DNA from: Owenia fusiformis
Taxonomy: Eukaryota
NCBI GenBank assembly: GCA_903813345.2
Contig: CAIIXF020000001.1
Coordinates: 49,786,001-49,850,000, forward strand
DNA: 64,000 nt
Direction: 5' to 3'
The position numbers and the translations under genes were made by a program. Under the pieces are notes generated by a model that saw only the letters and a list, made by a program, of their open reading frames with translations, did no database searches and was not told where the DNA came from. This document shows, one piece after another, positions 45,001 to 56,390 of the stretch; positions within the stretch are counted from its first letter, which is position 1; every line of letters begins with the position of its first letter.

Positions 45001-47835
45001 TACTGTGAAAATATAAATCTGAATAGCCTAGATGCGAGTAGAAATAATCTTGATTTACATCATTAAATATTCAAAATTCAGTCAAAGTGATGTCATATTT
45101 GAAATCTACTTGAAAAAGTACATCAAGAAACATGGTTTAGAAAACTGTTTATCAACTTTGAAAATTCAATTTCTTTTGAAAATGTGACTTCTAGTTTGGG
45201 TTGATTCCCCATAGACCCCATGTTACAAAATCACAAAAAGTGAAATATCTTTTCTTGTATTGGACAAGTAACATTTTCTTATCTATTGGATATACAAGGC
45301 TGATATGAAAATTGAACCACCAGAACAGATGTAATTTAAGTTTAAGGGAACTTTCTACTATACACACCATGCTATCTGACCAAAACGAGCCACCTGGTGG
45401 TGAAACTGGTAACTACCTACTCGCATCTGTGTTATTACCCTTATCAGATGAGTTTAAACAAAGGCTATTGAAGTTCTGTAATGTTATTCATAGTTTAGAT
45501 TGTTATCTACTTGAAGCTCCGAATCATCATAACATTTTATAACATTTTATTGAATTAAACAAGGGAGTTAAGCTTTCTAGATAACCGTTGTAATATTAAG
45601 ATTAAATTAGGCTATTGAAATAATGTAATGTTACTCATAGTTCAGATCGTTATTGGCTCATGCTGAGGCAAGAGCCATATCTCACTTGGGTTTAGTAGTA
45701 AGTGATAACGACAATGGACTGAGGTTTAAATGTTCGTTTACTAGTAGAAAACCTGATGGGTTAATATTTATTGATGAAAATGAGTTAATTCCTCAAGCTA
45801 AAGTTTAACCCTTAGGTGTTAGTTTATAATAAAATTGCGTTAGAGAGGGTTTCAAATGACATATACGGATTTTTACAACAACACCATGAACATTGTACAC
45901 TGAATTTCGACATAAATACGAGCGACTTCTTGATTTAGAATTGTGAACAATTTACAGCATTAAAAAAACTCCGAACATTTAACTATTTTATTAATATCTT
46001 CGGAGAACGAGAATCAAATTGACCCATCTTCACTTTTTGATATGTTTGGATGTTTTCTAAGAGGTCTAGGTACTCAGACCTTCACAATTTAAAGATCTTA
46101 ATCAGTTCAAAATGTTCGGATTTTTTCTACTTTTGCTGTTCGGTAAATTACAACCACGTTAAAAGTAAGCATCCCTATTTATCAATACAATTCATTACAA
46201 CACTGCAAACATCTCCTTCACACGAGCCTTCATTTTTTTAAAATGATCTCTTGTTTACTGTAAGCTTTGCTTCTACATAACATTGTATAACATCTTGTTG
46301 AATTAAACAAGGTAGTTTAGCTTTTTAGATAACCATTGTGATATTAAGATTAAATTAGGCTATTGAAATAATGTAATATTATTCATAGCCTAGTTCAGAT
46401 TGTTATTTACTGTAAGCTTTGATTCTACATAACATTGTATAACATCTTGTTGAATTAAACAAGGTAGTTTAGCTTTTTAGATAACCATTGTGATATTAAG
46501 ATTAAATTAGGCTATTGAAATAATGTAATGTTATTCATAGCCTAGTTCAGATTGTTATTTACTGTAAGCTTTGATTCTACATAACATTGTATAACATCTT
46601 GTTGAATAAGACCAGGTAGTTTAAATTTTTAGATAACCGTTTTGATATTAAGATTTAATAGACTAGATGCGAGTAGAAATAATCTTGATTTATGTCGTTA
46701 AATATTCAAAATTCAGTCAAAGTGATGTCATATTTGAAATCTACATGTAAAGGTACATCTAGAAGCATGGTTTCGAAAATTATTTATCAACTTTGAAAAT
46801 TTAATTATTTTTGAAAATGTGACTTAGTTCAGTTTGATTCCCAATAGACCCCATGTTACAAAATCACAAAAAGTGAAATATCTTTTATTGTATTGGATAG
46901 ATAACATTTTCTTTTACTGGACATATTTTAATTTGCATAATTATTAGATACGTGAGGGTTATATGAAAATTGAACCACTGAAACAGATGTAATTTAAGTT
47001 AAATTGAACTTTCTACTATACGCGCCATGCTATCTGACCCGAGCGAGCCACCTGATGGTGAAACTGGTAACTACCTACTCACACCTACTTTATTAGGCTA
47101 TTGAAATAATGTAATGTTATTCATAGTTCAGATTGTTATTTACTGTAACCTTTGATTCTATTTAACATTGTATAACATCTTGTTGAATTAAACAAGGTGG
47201 TTTAGATTTTTAGATAACCGGTGTGGTATTAAGATTTAATTAGGCTATTGAAATAATGTAATGTTATGTTATTCATAGTTCAGATTGTTATTTACTGTAA
47301 CCTTTGCTTCTACATAACATTGTATAACATCTTGTTGAATTAAACAAGGTGGTTTAGATTTTTAGATAACCGGTGTCGTATTAAGATTTAATTAGGCTAT
47401 TGAAATAATGTAATGTTATTCATAACTTAGATTGTTAACTAGTAAGCTTTGATTCTATTTAACATTGTATAACATCTTGTTGAATTAAACAAGGTAGTTT
47501 AGATTTTTAGATAACCAGTGTGGTATTAAGATTTAATTAGGCTATTGAAATAATGTAATGTTATTCATAACTTAGATTGTTATATACAGTAAGCTTTGAT
47601 TCTACATAACATTGTATAACATCTTGTTGAATTAAACAAGGTAGTTTAGATTTTTAGATAACCGGTGTCGTATTAAGATTTAATTAGGCTATTGAAATAA
47701 TGTAATGTTATTCATAACTTAAATTGTTATTTACTGTAAGCTTTGATTCTACATAACATTGTATAACATCTTGTTGAATTAAACAAGGTGGTTTAGATTT
47801 TTAGATAACTGGTGTGATATTAAGATTAAATTAAA

Positions 47836-48180
47836 TGCCAAAAGTTACGGAAATTTCCTCATTTTAATTATTCATTAAACCTAATTGAATGCAAGTGTAT
47901 GGAATGTTTCTGTGTATTGTATACATGTACATTGCTTTTCAGATATTCACAATTGATTTTTGTCATTCAAAATATTCAAAATGGCTGCTACAAAATCGTG
48001 ACTTTCGGATCCCAGAATTCATATACCTGATTTTAATAAACTAAAAAATACATGATAGATATAGTGGCAGCCCTGTCAAGGCACATATTTGAACGTTTAG
48101 TAGAATAATCTTACCTGGAATTATTATAATGCATGTTTTTTGGAAGAAATTCAACTTTAATTAGCTAAAGAAAGAGTAGT
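47836..48180. repeat. 345-bp direct repeat; second copy at 49841-50185, so the pair brackets U6
   Basis: TGCCAAAAGTTACGG...AAAGAGTAGT, near-identical at an offset of 2005 bp. Confidence 0.92.
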
Positions 48181-49529
48181 TATGTTATTCATAGTTTAGA
48201 TTGTTATTTACTGTAAGCTTTGATTCTACATAACATTGTATAACATCTTGTTGAATTAAACAAGGTAGTTTAGATTTTTAGATTACCAGTGTGGTATTAA
48301 GATTTAATTAGGCTATTGAAATAATGTAATGTTATTCATAACTTAGATTGTCATACACAGTAAGCTTTGATTCTACATAACATTGTATAACATCTTGTTG
48401 AATTAAACAAGGTAGTTTAGATTTTTAGATAACCAGTGTGGTATTAAGTTTTAATTAGGCTATTGAAATAATGTAATGTTATTCATAACTTAAATTGTTA
48501 TTTACTGTAAGCTTTGATTCTACATAACATTGTATAACATCTTGTTGAATTAAACAAGGTGGTTTAGATTTTTAGATAACTGGTGTGATATTAAGATTAA
48601 ATTAGCCAATTAGTTATGTAATGTTACTCAGTATTCATAGAAGTTATGTAATATTATTCATAGATTGCCATACTCATTTGATAAATATAAATCAAATTCA
48701 CCCGTATCAGATGAATTTAAAACTAGGCTATTGAAGTTCTGCAATGTTATTCATAGTTTAGATATTTATCTACAGTAAGCTTTGATTCATCATAACATTT
48801 AGTAACAGTTGTAGTTCAGATTTTTAGATTCCAGTTAATCAAAGCAACTTAGATTTTTTCTATGAATTAATGTTTTATTTAGAGAATGAACTGTAAGACT
48901 GGTTTAAATAAAAACTGTTAAAAGGTAGAATTTCTTTTACGTGATTTATAGATGGCAGTAGTACTCTTAACTGTTATCTTGCAATAACAACAGTATTGGC
49001 AGTGTAATCAATCAAACTGGCTGTTCTGTCAATGAACATTCTCCCCAGTTCTTTTATAGAGTGCTGATTTATTATATATTTTGAAAGTATCATTACTTCC
49101 ATCACAAAATATATAATTATTTACACAAACTTAAATAGAATACAATGAAACACACCATTTTTGGAACATTTTAATTTTTTGTTATATATACATACATTTT
49201 ATAGTACGTGTGGCTGTACAATTGATGGAACAGCTAAATCGTTAACGGCAATACACTGCAGTAGAAATACAACTGACACAAGTTTCCAATTTACTTAGGC
49301 ATATAATTTAAAATATTAGAATTTTTTTTTCAAAATTATTAATTTTTGAAAATTGTCATATTTCTATTAGCGTATTAATGAATCACATATTAAATAAATT
49401 TATATATTAATTCTTCATTAAACGCTATGAGTATGCCTGTGTTACGTTTATATGATGAATTGGCCATGTTTAACGGGGAAATATAGAGAAATACCCGACA
49501 CCATATGCCATTAAGTCTATTTTAGGGCC

Positions 49530-49540
49530 ATATATATATT
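49530..49540 (+). promoter_or_regulatory. TATA box of the U6 (type 3 Pol III) promoter
   Basis: ATATATATATT at about -33 to -23 relative to U6 +1. Confidence 0.6.
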
Positions 49541-49562
49541 TTCAGTATAATTCACTATAAAT

Positions 49563-49587
49563 GTACTTGCTTCGGCAGTACATATAT

Positions 49588-49619
<32 letters not shown>

Positions 49620-49669
49620 GGCCCCTGCGCAAGGATGACACGCAAATTCGTGAAGCGTTCCATATTTTT
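49563..49669 (+). ncRNA. RNU6: U6 spliceosomal snRNA gene
   Basis: GTACTTGCTTCGGCAGTACATATATTAAAATTGGAACGATACAGAGAAGATTAGC...CCATATTTTT. ACAGAGA box and AGC triad intact; T5 terminator. Confidence 0.98.
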
Positions 49670-51464
49670 AAAATTTTGATGTCCATGGTTTCTATAAAAA
49701 AACATTTTCTCATGTTAAAAATGATAGAAATCTCTAAAACAGCAATAACCTTGCTGTTTCAACAAATTTCTATTTAATATCATTATACTTATCATTAATA
49801 TTATCATTATTATTGATAAATTATCATAATTAAATATGCCTGCCAAAAGTTACGGAAATTTCCTCATTTTAATTATTCATTAAACCTAATTGAATGCAAG
49901 TGTATGGAATGTTTCTGTGTATTGCATACATGTACATTGCTTTTCAGATATTCACAATTGATTTTTGTCATTCAAAATATTCAAAATGGCTGCTACAAAA
50001 TCGTGACTTTCGGATCCCAGAATTCATATACCTGATTTTAATAAACTAAAAAATACATGATAGATATAGTGGCAGCCCTGTCAAGGCACATATTTGAACG
50101 TTTAGTAGAATAATCTTACCTGGAATTATTATAATGCATGTTTTGTGGAAGAAATTCAACTTTAATTAGCTAAAGAAAGAGTAGTAATGTTATTCATAGT
50201 TTAGATTGTTATCTATTGTAAGCTTTGATTCTACATAACATTGTATAACAATTTGTTGAATTAGACCAGGTAGTTTAGATTTTTAGATAACCAGTGTGGT
50301 ATTAAGATTTAATTAGGCTACTGAAATAATCTAATGGTATTCATTAAGTTCAGATTGTTATCTACAGTAAGTATAAGCTTTGATTCTACATAACATTGTA
50401 TAACAACTTGTTGAATAAATCCAGGTAGTTTAGATTTTTAGATAACCAGTGTGGTATTAAGATTAAATTATGCTATTGAAGTAATGTAATGTTATCATTA
50501 GGTTCAGATTGCTATCCACAGTAAGCTTTGATTCATCATAACATTGTACAACAACTTGTTGAATAAATCCAGGTAGTTTAGATTTTTAGATAACCAGTGT
50601 GGTATTAAGATTAAATTATGCTATTGAAGTAATGTAATGTTATCATTAGGTTCAGATTGCTATCCACAGTAAGCTTTGATTCATCATAACATTGTACAAC
50701 AACTTGTTGAATAAAACCAGGTAGTTTAGATTTTTAGATAACTGCTGTGATATTAAGATTTAATTAGGCTACATGTATTGAAATTACTAATGGTATTCAT
50801 TAAGTTCAGATTGTTATCTACAGTAAGCTTTGATTCATCATAACATTGTATAACAACTTGTTGAATAAAACTAGGTAGTTTAGATATTTAGATAACTGTT
50901 TTAAATTATGCTATTGCAGTAATGTTATATTATTCAGCAATAGACTATTTACGTCATATTTGGAATCTACATGTAAAATTACATCTTGAAATGTGGTTTT
51001 GAAAAGAGTTTATTAACTTAGAAAATTTAATTTTCTTTGAAAATGTGACTTCTAGGTCGGGGAGATTCCCCATAGACCCCATGTTGTAAAATCACAAAAA
51101 GAGAAATATCTTTTCTTGTGTTGGGTACATAACATTTTCCTTTACTGGACATATTTTAATTTGTATAACTATCAGATACATAAGGGTAATATGAAAAGTG
51201 AATCACTAAAACTGATGAATATTCAAATTTAGGGGAACTTTGTAATACCCTGCCATGTTATTTCCCCCGAATCAGCCAACTGGTGGCGAAACTGGTAACT
51301 ATCTACTCACATTTGGGTAATTAACATCTTATTAGATCTGAGATATAAATAACTCAGCATGCGTGAACTTTATAAGACTTTTAAAGTTCAATAATGTTGT
51401 TCAGAGATTAAATCTACAGTTACTGTAAGCTTTGATTCTCCATAGCATTGAGTAATGACCTGTT

Positions 51465-51522
51465 CACTGGTCAGTATGAAGTGAAGGTTTCAGCTGAAAC
51501 CTTCGCTTTATACTGACCAGTG
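51465..51522. mobile_element. 58-bp palindromic mini-element with a 5-bp TSD (CTGTT)
   Basis: CACTGGTCAGTATGAAGTGAAGGTTTCAG|CTGAAACCTTCGCTTTATACTGACCAGTG inserted in a satellite monomer. Confidence 0.8.
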
Positions 51523-52448
51523 CTGTTGAATAAACAAGTTAGTTTAGATTTGTAGTTTATATTGTTATCTACAGCAAGCTTTGATTAACCATTGCATAAA
51601 ATTGTATAAGTATACTGTAGTTTATTTTTTTCCATTAAGGATTTGTTTCAGTTGAAGTATTTCCATCATTGATATCATCTACAAAAGTTTGCTTTGATTC
51701 ATTGTAATACCTAAATACTAACTGTAATTCCTATTTCTATTTGTCATGAATAAATGTTTGTTTCAGTATCAGTTATTTCATTGAAAACATCCTTTTAATA
51801 ATATTTTCCTTTTCTGACACCAATAAATAAACAAGTTGGGCCTTTTATGAAATCCCTTTAAACATATTTTAAAGATGGCAGTATTACTTTTAACAGCTGT
51901 GTTTAAAGTGTTAAGATAACAGTAATCGATCAATATGGCTATTACAGTTAGAGAACACCCTCCCTTAGTACTGTGAATTTATAAAATGTTTTTAGCATCT
52001 GTGTTTATTATTCTGTGATTTATCACACATTTTTATTAATTTTTATAAGGAACTTGTAGATGAAAATCATCAATGTGGCCAGAACATTATTTTTTATAGA
52101 GCTTTATGACATTTCTTACACATTGTTTTATAGTTATGTTCAATTGGTGTAACAGCTAAGCTATTTATAAGCAGAGCACGTTAACATAGGAAATAGAAAT
52201 AGTACTGATTTGAATTAATATTTCTGTACTATATTTAAAAAATTAAACATTACAAGCTCCATCTAAAAATATTAAATCTTTTAAAAGTATCATCATCAAA
52301 TATTTAAAAATTGTCTCTAAATTCATTTAAAATGATATTATCATTAATGCACTAGAGCCACGAATTATTTTTGGTAATGGATATGAAACAAACAAAATTT
52401 TATAATGTTTGAGTTAGTAGTTTTACACAGATGTGACCTGACATAAGC

Positions 52449-52612
52449 ATACTTACCTGGCACAGGGGATACCTTGATCATCTAGGAGGTTCCCCCAGTG
52501 TGAGGCCTGTCCATTGCACTTCGGGCGGGCTGACCGCTGCGATAACCCCAAATGTGGGTTACTCGGGTGCGTAATTTCTGATAGTGGGGGACTGCGTTCG
52601 CGCTTTCCCCTG
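52449..52612 (+). ncRNA. RNU1: U1 snRNA gene copy 1
   Basis: ATACTTACCTGG 5' end, GATCA loop I, ATTGCACT loop II, Sm site AATTTCTG, terminal stem-loop; 164 nt. Confidence 0.98.
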
Positions 52613-53850
52613 ATAAACTAATGTTAGTTTCCCCTCTCTCTCCCTGAACATAATCTTTGGTCCACCCCCTTGCATTTGATGAGTGAGGAGCACCCTCAAT
52701 TTTAAGCTCAACAACATTCTTCTGACAATATATTAAGTAAGGTGAATATGGAAAAATTGATATACATGCATATTAAAAACATGCAACTATTCATTTAACA
52801 AAATATTGAGCCAGACCATTTTGCCACACCATGAAGGCCAAAGGCCACTAAATAGAATTTGCCATTGTTATCACCTCATTGAGATTATTTTGTGGAGTTA
52901 ACATGAGTATCTGATGAAAATAAAGGCAACTCAGCATGTCTAAATATTAATTAGGCTATTAAGTTCTGTAATGTTATTCATATTTTAGTTTCTAATGTCT
53001 ACAGTATGCTGTGATTCAAACAAGATAGTTTAGATTTTTAGATCAAAGTTGGTGTGATAAGAAGATCTAATTAGGCTGTTTAAGTAATGTCATGTTTGTT
53101 TTAGTTCAAATTGTTATTTACAATAAGCTTTGATTCAGCATACCATTGCTTAACATCTGCAGTTCATGTTTCATTAATAAAGATTATCAGTGCTCATTTT
53201 AGTTTAGTTGTTTTACTTTGTAAATCAATTTTTTTTATTTGGACAGCAGTAAAAAAACAAGAGTGGGCATTTTATGGAATACTTTTAGCTTTATTTAAAA
53301 GATGGCAGTTGTACATTTGCCAGAAGTGTTATATGTTAAAATAAGAACAGTCAAAATGGCCATTACATTCAGAAAACATCCCCACTTTCATGAATTTTAT
53401 AAATGGTTTCTAAAGTGAAAGGTCTTAGTTACTTTACGTTACATGTCACAAATACATGTATTTAATATTCATAAAGAAGGTATGTTAGTAATTATTATTA
53501 ATGCTAGCCTATTTTTCAGTTGGGTTTAGTGACATTTACTACACATTATTTAATATATATTCATGGTCAATTGATTGAACAGCTGAACATCTTATTGAGT
53601 CCTTTACTCAAACAAATTCATATATTTTATTTTATTTGAAATATAAAACCACATCAACTCCATCTTAATGTATTTAATCTTTTACAAATCATATTATTGA
53701 ATTTTCTTAAAATAATCTCCGAATTCATTATTGATGATTCTTTCATCAATTCCCTACAGCCATCAATAAACTTCTATAATGGATATTAAAGTAAAACAAT
53801 GATATGATGTTTGAGTTAGTACTGTACCACAGATGTGACCTGACTTAAGC

Positions 53851-54014
53851 ATACTTACCTGGCACAGGGGATACCTTGATCATCTAGGAGGTTCCCCCAG
53901 TGTGAGGCCTGTCCATTGCACTTCGGGCGGGCTGACCGCTGCGATAACCCCAAATGTGGGTTACTCGGGTGCGTAATTTCTGATAGTGGGGGACTGCGTT
54001 CGCGCTTTCCCCTG
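53851..54014 (+). ncRNA. RNU1: U1 snRNA gene copy 2
   Basis: Identical by eye to copy 1. Confidence 0.98.
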
Positions 54015-55027
54015 ATAAACAAATGTTAAATTCCCCTCTCTCTCCCTGAACATAATCTTGGGTCCACCCCCTTGATGAGTGAGGAGCATCCTCAATTTTA
54101 AGCCCAACAACATTCTTCTGACAATATATTTAGTAAGATGAATATGGAAAAATTGATGTACATGTATATAAAAAACATGCAACTTTTCATTTGACAAAAT
54201 ATTGAGCCAGACCATTTTGCCACACCATGGAGGCCACGGGCCACTTATTAGAATTTGCCATTGTAATCACCTCATTGAGATTATTTTGTGGAGTTAACAT
54301 GAGTATCTGATGAAAATGAAGGCAACTCAGCATGTCTAAATATTAATAAGGCTATTTAAATTCTGTAATGTTATTCATATTTTAGTTTCTAATGTCTACA
54401 GTATGCTGTGATTCAAACAAGATAGTTTAGATTTTTAGATCATAGTTGGTGTGATAAGAAGATCTAATTAGGCTGTTTAGGTAATGTCATGTATGTTTTA
54501 GTTCAAATTGTTATTTACAATAAGCTTTGATTCAGCATACCATTGCTTAACATCTGCAGTTCATGTTCCATTAATAAAGATTTTCAGTGCTCATTTTAGT
54601 TGAGTTGTTTTAGTTTGTAAATCTTTTTTTATTTGAACAGCAGTAGATAAACAAGAGTGGGCATTTTATGGAATACTTTTGTACATTTGCCAGAAGTGTT
54701 ATATGTTAAAATAACAGTAATCAGTCAAAATGGCCATTACATTCAGAGAACATCCCCACTTTCCTGAATTTTATAAATGGTTTCTAAAGTGAAAGGTCTT
54801 AGTTACTCTAGGTTGAAATATAAAACCACATCAACTCCATCTTAATGTGTTTAATCTTTTACAAATCATATCATTGAATTTTCTTAAAATTATCTCCGAA
54901 TTCATTATTGATGATTCTTTCATCAATTCCCTACAGCCATCTATAAACTTCTATAATGGATATTAAAGTAAAACAATGATATGATGTTTGAGTTAGTACT
55001 GTACCACAGATGTGACCTGACATAAGC

Positions 55028-55191
55028 ATACTTACCTGGCACAGGGGATACCTTGATCATCTAGGAGGTTCCCCCAGTGTGAGGCCTGTCCATTGCACTT
55101 CGGGCGGGCTGACCGCTGCGATAACCCCAAATGTGGGTTACTCGGGTGCGTAATTTCTGATAGTGGGGGACTGCGTTCGCGCTTTCCCCTG
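55028..55191 (+). ncRNA. RNU1: U1 snRNA gene copy 3
   Basis: Identical by eye to copy 1. Confidence 0.98.
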
Positions 55192-56045
55192 ATAAACTAA
55201 TGTTAGTTTCCCCTCTCTCTCCCTGAACATAATCTTTGGTCCACCCCCTTGCATTTGATGAGTGAGGAGCACCCTCAATTTTAAGCTCAACAACATTCTT
55301 CTGACAATATATTAAGTAAGGTGAATATGGAAAAATTGATATACATGCATATTAAAAACATGCAACTATTCATTTAACAAAATATTGAGCCAGACCATTT
55401 TGCCACACCATGAAGGCGAAAGGCCACTAAATAGAATTTGCCATTGTTATCACCTCATTGAGATTATTTTGTGGAGTTAACATGAGTATCTGATGAAAAT
55501 AAAGGCAACTCAGCATGTCTAAATATTGATTAGGCTATTAAGTTCTGTAATGTTATTCATATTTTAGTTTCTAATGTCTGCAGTATGCTGTGATTCAAAC
55601 AAGATAGTTTAGATTTTTAGATCAAAGTTGGTGTGATAAGAAGATCTAATTAGGCTGTTTAAGTAATGTCATGTTTGTTTTAAGCTTTGATTCAGCATAC
55701 CATTGCTTAACATCTGCAGTTCATGTTTCATTAATAAAGATTATCAGTGCTCATTTTAGTTGAGTTGTTTTACTTTGTAAATCAATTTTTTTTATTTGGA
55801 CAGCAGTAAAAAAACAAGAGTGGGCATTTTATGGAATACTTTTAGCTTTATTTAAAAGATGGCAGTTGTACATTTGCCAGAAGTGTTATATGTTAAAATA
55901 AGAACAGTCAAAATGGCCATTACATTCAGAAAACATCCCCACTTTCATGAATTTTATAAATGGTTTCTAAAGTGAAAGGTCTTAGTTACTTTACGTTACA
56001 TGTCACAAATACATGTATTTAATATTCATAAAGAAGGTATGTTAG

Positions 56046-56379
56046 CAGTGGCGGATCCAGGAACCAACAAGGGGGGGAGCCCAAATTGTCGATCATAGAA
56101 AAAAACTTCCGCGCAAGCGCGGAAAAAAATTTTGGGCCCCTAAAACCGAAAAGTGGGCCCAAATTTTGAAAATTTGAGGCCCATTTTCTTCAAAATTTGG
56201 CCTGAAATTAAAAAATAAGGCCTTATAAGGCCTAGTAATGACCAAAAAGGCCCACTTTTTGGTGCCTGAAGGCCTTTTTGGCCCAAAATTTTTTGGGCCC
56301 AATTTTTGTTTTTTCTGGGCCCAACCTAGGGGGGGGGGGGCCCTGGCCCCATGGGCCCCCCCCCCCGGATCCGCCATAG
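56046..56379. mobile_element. GC-rich MITE interrupting the U1 spacer
   Basis: CAGTGGCGGATCC / GGATCCGCCATAG ends; GTTAG is duplicated. The empty site is visible at ~53480 (GGTATGTTAGTAATTATT). Confidence 0.8.
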
Positions 56380-56390
56380 GTTAGTAATTA

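Larger units (their letters stand above)
44830..51620. repeat. ~147-bp satellite arrays interrupted by MITEs and the U6 locus
   Basis: The monomer ...AAGCTTTGATTCTACATAACATTGTATAACATCTTGTTGAATTAAACAAGGTAGTTTAG... recurs at 146-152-bp spacing (for example 47164, 47315, 47461, 47608, 47755). Confidence 0.9.
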
